DNA of 64,000 nucleotides. It comes from Patescibacteria group bacterium (GTDB lineage: Bacteria; Patescibacteriota; Patescibacteriia; GWA2-46-9). This document shows, one piece after another, positions 7,412 to 17,108 of this stretch (the first letter of the stretch is position 1; every line of letters starts with the position of its first letter). The position numbers were made by a program, and so were the translations under genes. Location of the stretch: contig JBAZXG010000005.1 of NCBI GenBank assembly GCA_041660005.1, forward strand, positions 4,064 through 68,063, given 5' to 3'. Below the pieces are notes generated by a model that had not been told where the DNA came from, ran no database searches, and was given only the letters and a program-made list of their open reading frames with translations.

Positions 7412-10174
7412 TCAGGACTGCGAAATATCACTTCCGTGGCATTTCTTGTATTTCACCGGGGTGCCATCTGCTTTAACCGCTCCGCACGGGCACGGTTCAT
7501 TTCTACCAATTTTTTCTGCATGAACTTGTACAGCGCTAGAGCTCACATTTCCACCTGCCGGCAAACCACCGTCAGCTGTTCGCTCTGACATGGTTTTGGC
7601 GGGTGCAGAGAAGGTTATGTTTTGCTTACGTTGAAGCGAAGGCGCCATGTTTGCTGCAGCCCGCACTTTATAAATACTGTACACAACTTGCTTACGAATG
7701 AGATCAAGGAGCTCAGCAAACAAACGGAATGCCTCTCGCTTATACTCAACCAGAGGGTCTCTCTGTCCGTATCCGCGTAGACCAATACCCTGCCGCAAAT
7801 GGTCCATGGCTTCTAGGTGCTCGATCCATAGGGAATCAATGGAGCGCAGTAGCAGTGAACGCTCAACGAGAAGAAAACCGTTCTTGTCGTCCTTGATGGC
7901 TTCGTTAATTTCTTTGGCAAGTTGCTCATAAGCTGTCTCTGCGTCTTTCAAAATCTGCGTTATGAGCGCGTCACGTTTAACAACAAGGGTATGCTCTTCC
8001 CCGCGACTACTGAGTTTTACAATTTCTTGCTCAGTGTCTGCAGAAACCGGATAAATCGTTCGCATCACTTCGCTAATTTCCTTAGTGTTCCAGTCACCGG
8101 TATTCTCACTACTGGTATGAAATGCTACCACCGTCTCGATCTCTTCCGTAATCATTTTTAATATTTCGGGACGCAGCAAATCCTCGCTCGTTTCCTCGCC
8201 GAGCTTGAAATTATCCAGAACACGATGGCGCATACGATAAATCGTTTCGCGATGCTTGTTGATAACGTCATCGTACTCAACTAAGTGCTTACGAATATCA
8301 AAGTTATGACCCTCAACCCTGCGCTGCGCCGATTCTAGAGCGCGCGAAACCATTTTGTTCTCAATCGGCATATCTTCAGGTACACCGAGGCGCTCCATCA
8401 TGGTTTTGATGCGCTCACTACTAAAAATGCGCATGAGGTCGTCCTCTAAACAAACGTAAAACTGAGATGACCCGGGGTCACCCTGTCTGCCGGAACGACC
8501 GCGCAATTGGTTGTCTATTCGCCGCGATTCATGACGTTCAGTTCCGATAACATGCAGCCCACCGGCTGCAACCACACGCTTATGCTCCTCCTCCCAGCGC
8601 GCCTGCTCTTCTGGACTTTCTGGCGCACCGTTAATGAGCTGCGGCGAAGAGCCGCCTAAGATAATGTCGACACCACGACCAGCCATGTTGGTTGCCAATG
8701 TCACCGCCCCAAATCTTCCCGCCTCGGCGATGATACTCGCTTCGCGCTCGTGGTTTTTTGCGTTAAGAACTTCATGTGGTACGCCAGCTTCCAATAGCAG
8801 CTGACTCAAATGTTCGTTTTTTTCAATTGATATCGTCCCAACGAGAACCGGCTGCCCTGTCTCGTGACGCGCTTTAATCTCGTCAATAACTGCCTTAAAT
8901 TTTCCGTGTTCGTTTTTATAGATACGATCAGACAGGTCACCCCGAACCATCGGGCGATGTGTTGGTATAACAACAACTTCCAACTTATAAATTTTATGAA
9001 ACTCCTCAGCTTCGGTCTCGGCTGTACCGGTCATGCCGGCAAGTTTTTCGTAAAGACGAAAATAATTCTGAAACGTTATCGTTGCTAACGTCTGGCTTTC
9101 TCGCTGAATTTTCACGTTTTCCTTGGCCTCAATTGCCTGGTGCAACCCCTCAGAATAACGCCGACCATACATAAGTCGCCCGGTAAACTCGTCAACAATG
9201 ATAACTTCATCGTCCTTCACAACATAGTCGCGATCTCTTTTATATAACCGTTCTGCTCTCAATGCTTGTTCGATGTGGTGAACAATCTCAAGACCACTAC
9301 CCGTATAGAGATTCTCAATATTAAGCAATTTCTCGAGCTTCGAAATCCCTAATGCGGTCAAGGTAGCCGCGCGCATCTTTTCGTCGACATTATCATCAAC
9401 CTCTGGCTCTAATTTCCTAATGAGTTGGGCGAACTGGTAATAGCGATCGTTGGATTCTTCAGCCGGAGCAGAAATAATGAGCGGCGTTCTCGCTTCGTCA
9501 ATAAGAATGCTATCCACCTCGTCGACAATGGCGTAGTGAAGCCCCCGCTGCACCCTGTCCTCAACGCGCGCAACCATGTTGTCGCGTAAATAATCAAAAC
9601 CAAATTCATTATTGGTGCCATAAGTTATATCGCAGGCATAGGCCTCTTTCCTGCTAACCGCTTCGAGTTCTTTTGTCTCTGGGTTATAGCGAAAGGCGGC
9701 ATCATGTTCAATTGAGCCCACCGACATACCCAGCATATCAAATACTGCACCCATCCACTGACACTGGAAACGGGCCAAATAATCGTTCACCGTAATCAAA
9801 TGGGCACCCCTACCCGTGAGCGCATTAGCATAAAGCGGCGCGGTTGCCGTTAACGTTTTACCTTCACCCGTACGCATTTCCGCAATGTTCCCACGATGCA
9901 ATATGACGCCACCCATGAGCTGCACATCAAAATGCCGCTGGTTAAGTGTGCGGCGCGCCGCTTCCCTTACCGAAGCAAAAGCTTCGGGTAATAAGTCGTC
10001 AAGTGATTCACCTTCGGCAAGACGACGCCTCAAGGTAACCGTTTGGGATCGAAGTTCTTCTGCGCTGAGCTTTGTACACGCTTCTTCGAATCCATTTATC
10101 ACATCAAGCGTAACCTGAACGTTTTTCAGCGCCCGGGCGTTGCTATCTCCAAATAATCTACTAATAATGCTCAC
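7412..10174 (-). CDS. secA: Preprotein translocase ATPase SecA
   Basis: 920 aa. Full SecA architecture with DEAD motor, preprotein cross-linking domain, helical scaffold and C-terminal zinc motif CPCGAVKADGTPVKYKKCHG. The start codon is GTG at 10172-10174. Confidence 0.95.
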   Translation of the reverse strand: MSIISRLFGDSNARALKNVQVTLDVINGFEEACTKLSAEELRSQTVTLRRRLAEGESLDDLLPEAFASVREAARRTLNQRHFDVQLMGGVILHRGNIAEMRTGEGKTLTATAPLYANALTGRGAHLITVNDYLARFQCQWMGAVFDMLGMSVGSIEHDAAFRYNPETKELEAVSRKEAYACDITYGTNNEFGFDYLRDNMVARVEDRVQRGLHYAIVDEVDSILIDEARTPLIISAPAEESNDRYYQFAQLIRKLEPEVDDNVDEKMRAATLTALGISKLEKLLNIENLYTGSGLEIVHHIEQALRAERLYKRDRDYVVKDDEVIIVDEFTGRLMYGRRYSEGLHQAIEAKENVKIQRESQTLATITFQNYFRLYEKLAGMTGTAETEAEEFHKIYKLEVVVIPTHRPMVRGDLSDRIYKNEHGKFKAVIDEIKARHETGQPVLVGTISIEKNEHLSQLLLEAGVPHEVLNAKNHEREASIIAEAGRFGAVTLATNMAGRGVDIILGGSSPQLINGAPESPEEQARWEEEHKRVVAAGGLHVIGTERHESRRIDNQLRGRSGRQGDPGSSQFYVCLEDDLMRIFSSERIKTMMERLGVPEDMPIENKMVSRALESAQRRVEGHNFDIRKHLVEYDDVINKHRETIYRMRHRVLDNFKLGEETSEDLLRPEILKMITEEIETVVAFHTSSENTGDWNTKEISEVMRTIYPVSADTEQEIVKLSSRGEEHTLVVKRDALITQILKDAETAYEQLAKEINEAIKDDKNGFLLVERSLLLRSIDSLWIEHLEAMDHLRQGIGLRGYGQRDPLVEYKREAFRLFAELLDLIRKQVVYSIYKVRAAANMAPSLQRKQNITFSAPAKTMSERTADGGLPAGGNVSSSAVQVHAEKIGRNEPCPCGAVKADGTPVKYKKCHGSDISQS

Positions 10175-10191
10175 AAACTGTATGCTTTAAT

Positions 10192-10360
10192 AATAAATGG
10201 TATTAACCCAAGGGCAAACCCCTGGATTTCTCAATCCGCCAGTTGGCGGATTGAGAAAGAAAGCGCGGCTGGTCCGCGCGGGGTATTAAACCCTTTGACG
10301 CCTGCGCCGCACAGAAATACAAACTGCTATTTGCACTTCGCTCACTATCCTCGGCAATAA
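10192..10360 (-). repeat. Copy 1 of ~170-nt structured intergenic repeat (minus orientation)
   Basis: Reverse complement of the elements at 33990-34159 and 46370-46537. It contains a perfect hairpin CTCAATCCGCC-AGTT-GGCGGATTGAG and a GCGCGG-ACCAG-CCGCGC hairpin. It fills the hpf-secA intergenic region and ends 18 nt before the secA GTG. Confidence 0.8.
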
Positions 10361-10418
10361 TTCCTCGATCCAAGCATGGTCGAAGAGCACAAACAATGAA
10401 CAGAAATCAATTTTATTG

Positions 10419-10742
10419 CTAGAACGACTTTCTGTCACGCTTCATTTTTTTTGTTTTGAACCGGCTCATTTCTTTTTTAAGTTCATCACGCAAGATATCA
10501 ATTGCGCCATAGAGGTCTGCAGCTGAAGCCTCTGCATAAAACGAATGCCCAGGCACAAACGCCTTCGCACTGCTGCGAAAAAGATTTTCGCCTTTTTGAT
10601 GATGTTGCGTCGTTCGCTCTAGCTCAACATCCATGCGTAAGGTCTCTGGATAAAATTTGACCAGGCCGCCGATTTTATTTTGCGTATACTCCGCGAGCGC
10701 GGTAGTCACGTCAACATTAATACCTTTTATTGCTACCTGCAT
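10419..10742 (-). CDS. hpf: Ribosome hibernation promoting factor / RaiA family
   Basis: 107 aa from M at 10742. The sequence MQVAIKGINVDVTTALAEYTQNKIGGLVKF matches the HPF/YfiA fold. The longer 148-aa track ORF would overlap murB, so the internal start is preferred. Confidence 0.75.
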   Translation of the reverse strand: MQVAIKGINVDVTTALAEYTQNKIGGLVKFYPETLRMDVELERTTQHHQKGENLFRSSAKAFVPGHSFYAEASAADLYGAIDILRDELKKEMSRFKTKKMKRDRKSF

Positions 10743-10785
10743 ATTAAAAATAACGTACCATAAAAAAACCCATTCTGCAAGCGCT

Positions 10786-11886
10786 TTATTGCCTAAAAAC
10801 GGACGGCAGTGTGTCAAAACCGACGCACTCTGCCTCTGGAAATAGACGTACGCCAAAATGTTCAAAAACTGCGGCTTGAATGTCCGTTGCTAAGTTAATG
10901 ACATCATTTGCCGACGCATGGGAAAGATTAACAATGGCCAATGCCTGCTTTGACGACAAACCGACTGAACCCCTCTGGTAGCCTTTAGGGAAGCCCGCCT
11001 GCTCAATCAACCAGGCAGCCGAAAGCTTCACTTTACCGTCAGCACTTGGCCAGCGCACCAGTTTAAGGTTTCTAACTTTTAACTGCTCATCTAATGCGTT
11101 ACTTTGCTCCAAGCTTATTACTGGGTTGGTAAAAAAAGAACCGACGCTGCGACTATAGGGTTCGTCCGTGCTCAAAACCATGGCTTTCTTTTTTCTGAGT
11201 GTTAGCACTGCAGCGCGAATTGCTTCGAGGGTGGGTTCTTCTCCACGCTCAGCGAGCAAACTACGTAGCTCTTCGTATTTTACACTACCCGTTTCCGATG
11301 AAAGCAAAGAAAAGGTTACGGTCATAACAACATAGCGCTTCCGCCATAAACGTTTAAAATTGCTGGTGCGATAGCCAAAGCCGCATTCTTTTTTACTCAA
11401 ATCTACGACCCTCTGTTGCTCGGTATCATAAACACGCACGGACACTATACTTTCACCAACTTCTTGCCCATAAGCGCCAATATTTTGTACCGGCGTAGCG
11501 CCAACGCTTCCGGGAATACCGCTCAAACACTCCACGCCGCTTAAGCCCTTTTGAACGCAAAGCGATACAAAAGTATCCCACGAGACAGCTGCCTCGGCTT
11601 TGACCTCGACCCTCCCACTAAGAGGCTCAGAAAAATGGATGCTCTTAGCCACGAAGCGAACAACGAGACCACGATAACCAGTATCCGAAAAAAGTATATT
11701 ACTGCCATCGCCCAAAACAAAAAAATCAAGACGCTGTTTTTTTGCACTCTCAATCGCCCACACCAATTCCTCCTCAGTCTTTGCTTCAAAATAGTAATCA
11801 GCCGGCCCGCCAATTTCTATCGATGAATGCTCGGAAAGTGGCTCATTCGTTATAACCCGTGAAGCGCTGACGCCGGTAAAAATCAT
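10786..11886 (-). CDS. murB: UDP-N-acetylenolpyruvoylglucosamine reductase MurB
   Basis: FAD-binding MurB N-domain GGPADYYFEAKTEEELVWAIESAKKQRLDFFVLGDGSNILF and a typical C-terminal domain. The start is set at M14 (11886) to avoid a 35-nt overlap with murC. Confidence 0.85.
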   Translation of the reverse strand: MIFTGVSASRVITNEPLSEHSSIEIGGPADYYFEAKTEEELVWAIESAKKQRLDFFVLGDGSNILFSDTGYRGLVVRFVAKSIHFSEPLSGRVEVKAEAAVSWDTFVSLCVQKGLSGVECLSGIPGSVGATPVQNIGAYGQEVGESIVSVRVYDTEQQRVVDLSKKECGFGYRTSNFKRLWRKRYVVMTVTFSLLSSETGSVKYEELRSLLAERGEEPTLEAIRAAVLTLRKKKAMVLSTDEPYSRSVGSFFTNPVISLEQSNALDEQLKVRNLKLVRWPSADGKVKLSAAWLIEQAGFPKGYQRGSVGLSSKQALAIVNLSHASANDVINLATDIQAAVFEHFGVRLFPEAECVGFDTLPSVFRQ

Positions 11887-11890
11887 AGCA

Positions 11891-13276
11891 TTAACGAATG
11901 AGCATATCGGCAACGCGCCAGACATCCCCGGCGCCCATGGTTATGAGTACCCCTTTGCCGGTTTCTTTTTTGGCAACGAGACTGGCCTCCTCAAGACTTC
12001 CTACCCCAACCGCATGCCCCGGATTCACTGCATTAATCGCCGCAACAAGCATGGCGTGGTCTACCCTCCCCTTGTCTTCACGAGCGGAAGCATAAATTGG
12101 CGGAACGATAACAAGATCGGCTTCACCCAAAGACTCCGCAAAATCAGGAAGCAACTGTTCTGTGCGACTGTAGGTGTGCGCTTGAAAAACAACCACAATG
12201 CGACGCTCCGAATACCCTTTTCGTACGGCGCGAACAACTGAACGAATTTCTGAAGGGTGATGCGCATAGTCGTCAATCACCACCATTGACCCAAATGCAC
12301 CGCGTCGCTCGAAACGCCTGGCGGTGCCTCGATAGTGCTCCAAGGATCTGCCAATAATTTTTGAAGATACCCCCGCCTTGTCCGCCATGACTAACGCGGC
12401 AAGAGCATCAAGAGCGTAATGCTTGCCCGGAAAATTAAGGGAGAATTCTCCATGCAAAACGTTATGCTTGTATACGCGAAAGTTTGTCACGCCTTCTTTA
12501 ACTTGAACGTTTTTAAGTTGCCAATCATTCTTTTTATCTTCACCAAAAGTAACGACTGATGCGGAACAACCTTTGACTAAACTTTTAGAGACAGGATCGT
12601 CACCATTAATAATGAGCGTACCGTCTGCGGGCAAACGCTTTACAAACTCGGCAAAAACAGCGAGATAGGCGGCTTCGTTTTTAAAGAAATCTGGATGGTC
12701 ATAATCAACGTTCGTAATAATGATATGACGAGGTGCGTAGAACTGAAATTTGTTTTGATACTCATCAGCCTCAAAAACAAACCAATCCCCACTACCGGAA
12801 CGTGCATTTTTTCCCCAGGCGGTTACCGGTGCACCGATTAACGCCGTTGGATCAATGCCTCCTTCTTCAAGCATGTGTGCAAGCAATGCCGTGGTCGTGG
12901 TTTTACCGTGAGACCCGGCAACCGCTACCGAATTCCGATAACTCAACGCCAGCACACCGAGTACTTCGGGATAACTCCACTCTGGCAGAGATAAATCTCT
13001 GGCCGCCTCGCGCTCAATATGGTTTGGTGCGTAGGCTGTTGAATAAACAATCGCGTCAATAATCGAAGTAATGTTGCTTTTCGAAAAACCCTCAGCAACC
13101 GAAATGTTTGACGAGCGCAGTACTTCATCGGTCTGAAAAGATTCCATTGTGTCAGAACCGCTGACTACATACCCTTGCGCTTGTAGCAGCGCTGCTAAGC
13201 CAGTCATTCCTACACCTTTAATGCCAATAAGATGTATGCGTGCCGGTGGGTTAGGAAATTGAGTTTCTGCAGTCAT
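11891..13276 (-). CDS. murC: UDP-N-acetylmuramate--L-alanine ligase MurC
   Basis: 461 aa. MurC N-terminus IHLIGIKGVGMTGLAALLQAQGYVVSGSD with Mur ligase central and C-terminal domains. Confidence 0.9.
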   Translation of the reverse strand: MTAETQFPNPPARIHLIGIKGVGMTGLAALLQAQGYVVSGSDTMESFQTDEVLRSSNISVAEGFSKSNITSIIDAIVYSTAYAPNHIEREAARDLSLPEWSYPEVLGVLALSYRNSVAVAGSHGKTTTTALLAHMLEEGGIDPTALIGAPVTAWGKNARSGSGDWFVFEADEYQNKFQFYAPRHIIITNVDYDHPDFFKNEAAYLAVFAEFVKRLPADGTLIINGDDPVSKSLVKGCSASVVTFGEDKKNDWQLKNVQVKEGVTNFRVYKHNVLHGEFSLNFPGKHYALDALAALVMADKAGVSSKIIGRSLEHYRGTARRFERRGAFGSMVVIDDYAHHPSEIRSVVRAVRKGYSERRIVVVFQAHTYSRTEQLLPDFAESLGEADLVIVPPIYASAREDKGRVDHAMLVAAINAVNPGHAVGVGSLEEASLVAKKETGKGVLITMGAGDVWRVADMLIR

Positions 13277-13283
13277 AACAACC

Positions 13284-14342
13284 CTAGGTTATGAGTTTGC
13301 GAACAATTGCTAAAAAAAACTGTGTGCCGTCAGGTATTAGCGCGTGCAAACGCTCACCCATTTCAAGACGGTGCTCTGGGTTATCAAGAAGGTCCGTTAC
13401 CGTATGAACAAGGGCATCTGCAGTCAATTTCTCTTGGTTACAAATAACTGCCGCAGAATGCTTTTCAAGAACGGCAGCATTGTCTTCTTGGTGTGAATGA
13501 GGAATCGGCACGACAATTGTAGCTTTTTTTAGTGCTGCCGCTTCGGAAAGATTAGCCATACCGGCTCTCGTTATGACAACATCGGCCGCACGGTTAATGT
13601 CCGGCCAGTCAGCAATAGAGAGATCAATGGCACGATACCTTTCGTTTCGAATATCTGTGCGCAACTTACCGCGTCCCGTCAAATGAATGACATACGCTTT
13701 TAGAGTCAGTGCCGGTAATGCCTCAATGACGATATTATTCAATGCGAGTGACCCTGTTCCCCCACCCGTAACGAGAAGGATGGGTATTGATGGGGAAAAT
13801 GCAAAGCGTTTCAACAACGATTCTTTGGTACCACCATAACTCGATGGACGAATTAAATTACCAATTGTTTCAGCGCCCTCTTTGGGCCATACGCTCGTCC
13901 GCTTGCTAGCCGTAAAACGAACGAGCTTATTGGCTAATCCATCACGACTATCTTGCTCATGCACCAAAACGGATATCCTTAAACACCACGCCGCCCAAGC
14001 AACGGGAACAGCAACATATCCGCCGGCCGATACAACGAGCGCGGGGCGAATGAACGACAAAAGAAACAGTGCTTGCACAAAACCAAACAACGTTAGAAAT
14101 GGACTTATAAAATTATAAATACTCCAATAACGCCTAAGTTTGCCGCAAATGATTTTATAGAAAGGTACTTTGTAGGTGGCCACTATATCATGCTCAGGCC
14201 CGCTAAACGTACCCATCCAGACGAATTGCTCCTGATCATGTGTAGACGCTTCTCGTGCAGCTTCAATCAAAGCGAGAAGTGGCGTAACCGAACCAAGGGT
14301 GCCCCCACCAGCTAAAACAATAGTGCGCTTTTGAGGTGTCAT
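13284..14342 (-). CDS. murG: Undecaprenyl-PP-MurNAc-pentapeptide GlcNAc transferase MurG
   Basis: 352 aa. GT28 fold, N-terminal VLAGGGTLGSVTPLLAL. It overlaps ftsW by 4 nt. Confidence 0.85.
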   Translation of the reverse strand: MTPQKRTIVLAGGGTLGSVTPLLALIEAAREASTHDQEQFVWMGTFSGPEHDIVATYKVPFYKIICGKLRRYWSIYNFISPFLTLFGFVQALFLLSFIRPALVVSAGGYVAVPVAWAAWCLRISVLVHEQDSRDGLANKLVRFTASKRTSVWPKEGAETIGNLIRPSSYGGTKESLLKRFAFSPSIPILLVTGGGTGSLALNNIVIEALPALTLKAYVIHLTGRGKLRTDIRNERYRAIDLSIADWPDINRAADVVITRAGMANLSEAAALKKATIVVPIPHSHQEDNAAVLEKHSAAVICNQEKLTADALVHTVTDLLDNPEHRLEMGERLHALIPDGTQFFLAIVRKLIT

Positions 14343-15457
14343 ACTTCTTTGGCGTGTCTTGATATATTCGTGAGCATTCCAACCGCTGTAATGGAAACGG
14401 CGAGCGCCGTACCGCCATAGCTGACAAAGGGAAGCGGCAACCCTGTGAGCGGCAACAGGCCAAGCATGGCACTGATATTAATGATGGATTGCATCATAAA
14501 CCAGAGCACAATCCCCGCCCCCAGATACCGTCCAAAATCATCAGGTGCCCGGGCGGCGATCTTTAACCCGCGAATAAAAACATAAACCAAGAGAAGAATG
14601 AATAAGATAGAAAGTGCAAAGCCAAGCTCTTCTCCAATAATGGCAAAGATTGAGTCCCCGCTTGCTTCAGGCAGATACTGGAACTTTGCTTGCGAGTGCC
14701 CATACCCCCTACCCCAAAAACCTCCAGAACCAATCGCCAAAAAAGCTTGATTAATGTGATACCCGATGCCTTGTGGGTCAAGCGCTGGGTTCAGAAAGGT
14801 AAGAAGCCGTTTCAAGCGATAGGATTCGAATACGACAAGCGCACCAATGGATGCTGCGCCAGTAATCGTCAATAATAACATGTGGCGCAGGGGCGCACCT
14901 GCCAAGAAGTAGAGTGCAACAATGGCTAAACCAATAGCCATGGCAGTGCCAAGATCCGGCTCTAAAATGATGAGGCCAAGTACCGTACCCAAAAGTAACA
15001 TAAAGGGCACGAAACCTTGTTTAAAACTTTTTAGTTCTTCTTGCTTACTGGAAAACCAGGAAGCCATGTAGATAACGAAGGCGAGTTTGGCAAATTCGCT
15101 CGGTTGAAACGAGATGCCAGCAATTGATATCCAGCGGCGCGCACCGCCGTAGACTTGACCAAGACCCGGCACTAGTACCAAGACAAGCAAAATAACAGCC
15201 AGGGAAAAAAACGGAAGAGCAAAACGGCGTAAATTGCGGTAGTCAACAAAGTAGAAAAAACCAAAACCCAAAAGTCCGGGAACGACCCCTAAGGAAAACT
15301 GGCGTTTTAAGTAATAGTAAGCATCGCCAAAACGGCTAAATGCGGTGGCGGAACTTGCGGAAGAAAGCATCAGAAGCCCAAAAACAAGCAAAATACCCAC
15401 CGCAATGAGAAAGCGGTAATCTGGAGCACCGTTGCTTTGCCTTGAAAAACGACTCAC
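14339..15457 (-). CDS. ftsW: SEDS family cell-division/elongation protein (FtsW/RodA)
   Basis: 372 aa, about 10 TM helices, SEDS-family motifs. It sits between mraY and murG in the dcw context. Confidence 0.8.
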   Translation of the reverse strand: MSRFSRQSNGAPDYRFLIAVGILLVFGLLMLSSASSATAFSRFGDAYYYLKRQFSLGVVPGLLGFGFFYFVDYRNLRRFALPFFSLAVILLVLVLVPGLGQVYGGARRWISIAGISFQPSEFAKLAFVIYMASWFSSKQEELKSFKQGFVPFMLLLGTVLGLIILEPDLGTAMAIGLAIVALYFLAGAPLRHMLLLTITGAASIGALVVFESYRLKRLLTFLNPALDPQGIGYHINQAFLAIGSGGFWGRGYGHSQAKFQYLPEASGDSIFAIIGEELGFALSILFILLLVYVFIRGLKIAARAPDDFGRYLGAGIVLWFMMQSIINISAMLGLLPLTGLPLPFVSYGGTALAVSITAVGMLTNISRHAKEV

Positions 15458-16509
15458 AGCTTCACGCGGTCAATGAGGAAAAAAGCGAGGCCCAACATAG
15501 TCATAACACCCGTAATGAGCCAGAAGCGCATTACAATTTTCGGCTCAATCCAACCAATTGCTTCCAGGTGGTGGTGTAAGGGCGAGGAGAGAAACACTTT
15601 TTTTCCAAAAAACTTTTTAGAAGCGACCTGCACCAACACCGACCCAGACTCTATGACGAGAATAAAACCAAAAAGCGGCAGCAAGAGTGCGGTATTCGTC
15701 AGCATAGCGAGAACACCCACAACAACACCCAAGGACATTGCCCCCGTGTCACCCATAAAAAAACGTGCTGGGTGAATATTAAACCAAAGAAATGCCAACA
15801 GCGCACCCGAGAGAACCGCAATAAAAGCAGCGAGATCGTAGCGATCCTGCGCAAAACTAATGATTGAATAGGCAACAAGGACGATAAGCAGAACCCCACC
15901 GGCTAGCCCGTCGAGCCCGTCGACTTCGTTCACAGAAAAAGCCGTTGCAACAATGACCACAAAAAAAACCAAAAGATACCACCAGCCAATGGTGATGTCG
16001 CCTACGAGTGGAATATGAATGGTGTCCCAACCAAGTTTAAAGTAAAACCACCAAGCACCGATGGCAGCGATAACCGCATACAGGAGTAGACGGTGCTTTA
16101 CCGTGAGCCCGCCGCTCGTTGCGCCAAGTTTCCAAACATTCAAGACGTCATCGACAAATCCAACAAGCGCTGCCGCAATGAGGACGCCAAGCGGCAGCCA
16201 AGTTTCAGCGCGCGTTAAAAAATTGAGCGCACCGAAGCGCTCAGGGACCGTTGCCGCTAAAGCCCAAAACAATAAAGTAATAACGCTCGCCGTAACCCAA
16301 ACAAGCACACCGCCCATGGTCGGCGTACCTTGCTTATGCGAGTGCAGCTTAGAATAGACAGGTGTCTCGCCGGTTGAACGAACCGACTTACCGACGCGAT
16401 AACGATATAACAAGCTCGTTAAGAGCGGCGTCCAGGCCATGGCAAGCGCAAAGGACAGCACTGCCAAAAGAAGCATTCGTAAAATCGCAAAAAGCGCTAC
16501 CGTTGACAT
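15454..16509 (-). CDS. mraY: Phospho-N-acetylmuramoyl-pentapeptide transferase MraY
   Basis: 351 aa, polytopic. MraY motifs FFMGDTGAMSLG and NEVDGLDGLAGG. Confidence 0.9.
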   Translation of the reverse strand: MSTVALFAILRMLLLAVLSFALAMAWTPLLTSLLYRYRVGKSVRSTGETPVYSKLHSHKQGTPTMGGVLVWVTASVITLLFWALAATVPERFGALNFLTRAETWLPLGVLIAAALVGFVDDVLNVWKLGATSGGLTVKHRLLLYAVIAAIGAWWFYFKLGWDTIHIPLVGDITIGWWYLLVFFVVIVATAFSVNEVDGLDGLAGGVLLIVLVAYSIISFAQDRYDLAAFIAVLSGALLAFLWFNIHPARFFMGDTGAMSLGVVVGVLAMLTNTALLLPLFGFILVIESGSVLVQVASKKFFGKKVFLSSPLHHHLEAIGWIEPKIVMRFWLITGVMTMLGLAFFLIDRVKL

Positions 16510-16515
16510 ATAAAA

Positions 16516-16881
16516 TTATACGTTAACGTAGATGATCAATGCGCTCGCTGTTGTAATGAGTACGGTTATGACAACCGTACCAACAGCTAAGAAGTAACTC
16601 GTGGGAGCATCGCGGTGCCAGACAAAAAGCCCCACAGCCGCGTTAATGGCTGTGAGCACTATACCCACAACCGGAAGAAGAATCGCCGTTTGCCAACTTC
16701 CCAAGAAATCAATGCCGAAGTAGACGTTGTAATGTAATGAAAGTGCGTCTTCACGGGGCAAATAACGAAACATAGTAAATGCCGACAAAAGACACAGCGT
16801 CATGCTCGCGCCGTACGCGTATAAATTCCAGCGATCTCTAAAAAAAAGGCGTGCCAAGGCAAGAAAACGAGAACTATTCAT
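16516..16881 (-). CDS. Hypothetical small membrane protein (3 TM)
   Basis: 121-aa hydrophobic ORF immediately upstream of mraY in the same orientation. No recognisable family. Confidence 0.45.
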   Translation of the reverse strand: MNSSRFLALARLFFRDRWNLYAYGASMTLCLLSAFTMFRYLPREDALSLHYNVYFGIDFLGSWQTAILLPVVGIVLTAINAAVGLFVWHRDAPTSYFLAVGTVVITVLITTASALIIYVNV

Positions 16882-17108
16882 ACCTGCATCCTAGCATACA
16901 GCTCTATTCGGACAAGCGCCTTACTGGGTCGTCTTTTCAATTCGCACTCGCCCAGTTACAATTATGGAGGTCGAATGACAGAGAAATCGGTCATTATTGA
17001 GGCGCTAGCGACAGACCAGCTAACACTCCATACCGCAATTCGCAAAGTTTAAATTGAAATTTTCGATTTATCGTACTCGTTCTTTAGGTATTTGCACTGC
17101 ATTACCTT

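Noticed and set aside
16882-17108. 25-codon ORF (MTEKSVIIEALATDQLTLHTAIRKV) and TTGACT/TATAAT-like hexamers upstream of pilB
   Set aside because: Too short to support without conservation. Hexamer spacing (11 nt or overlapping) does not fit a canonical sigma-70 promoter. Left unannotated.
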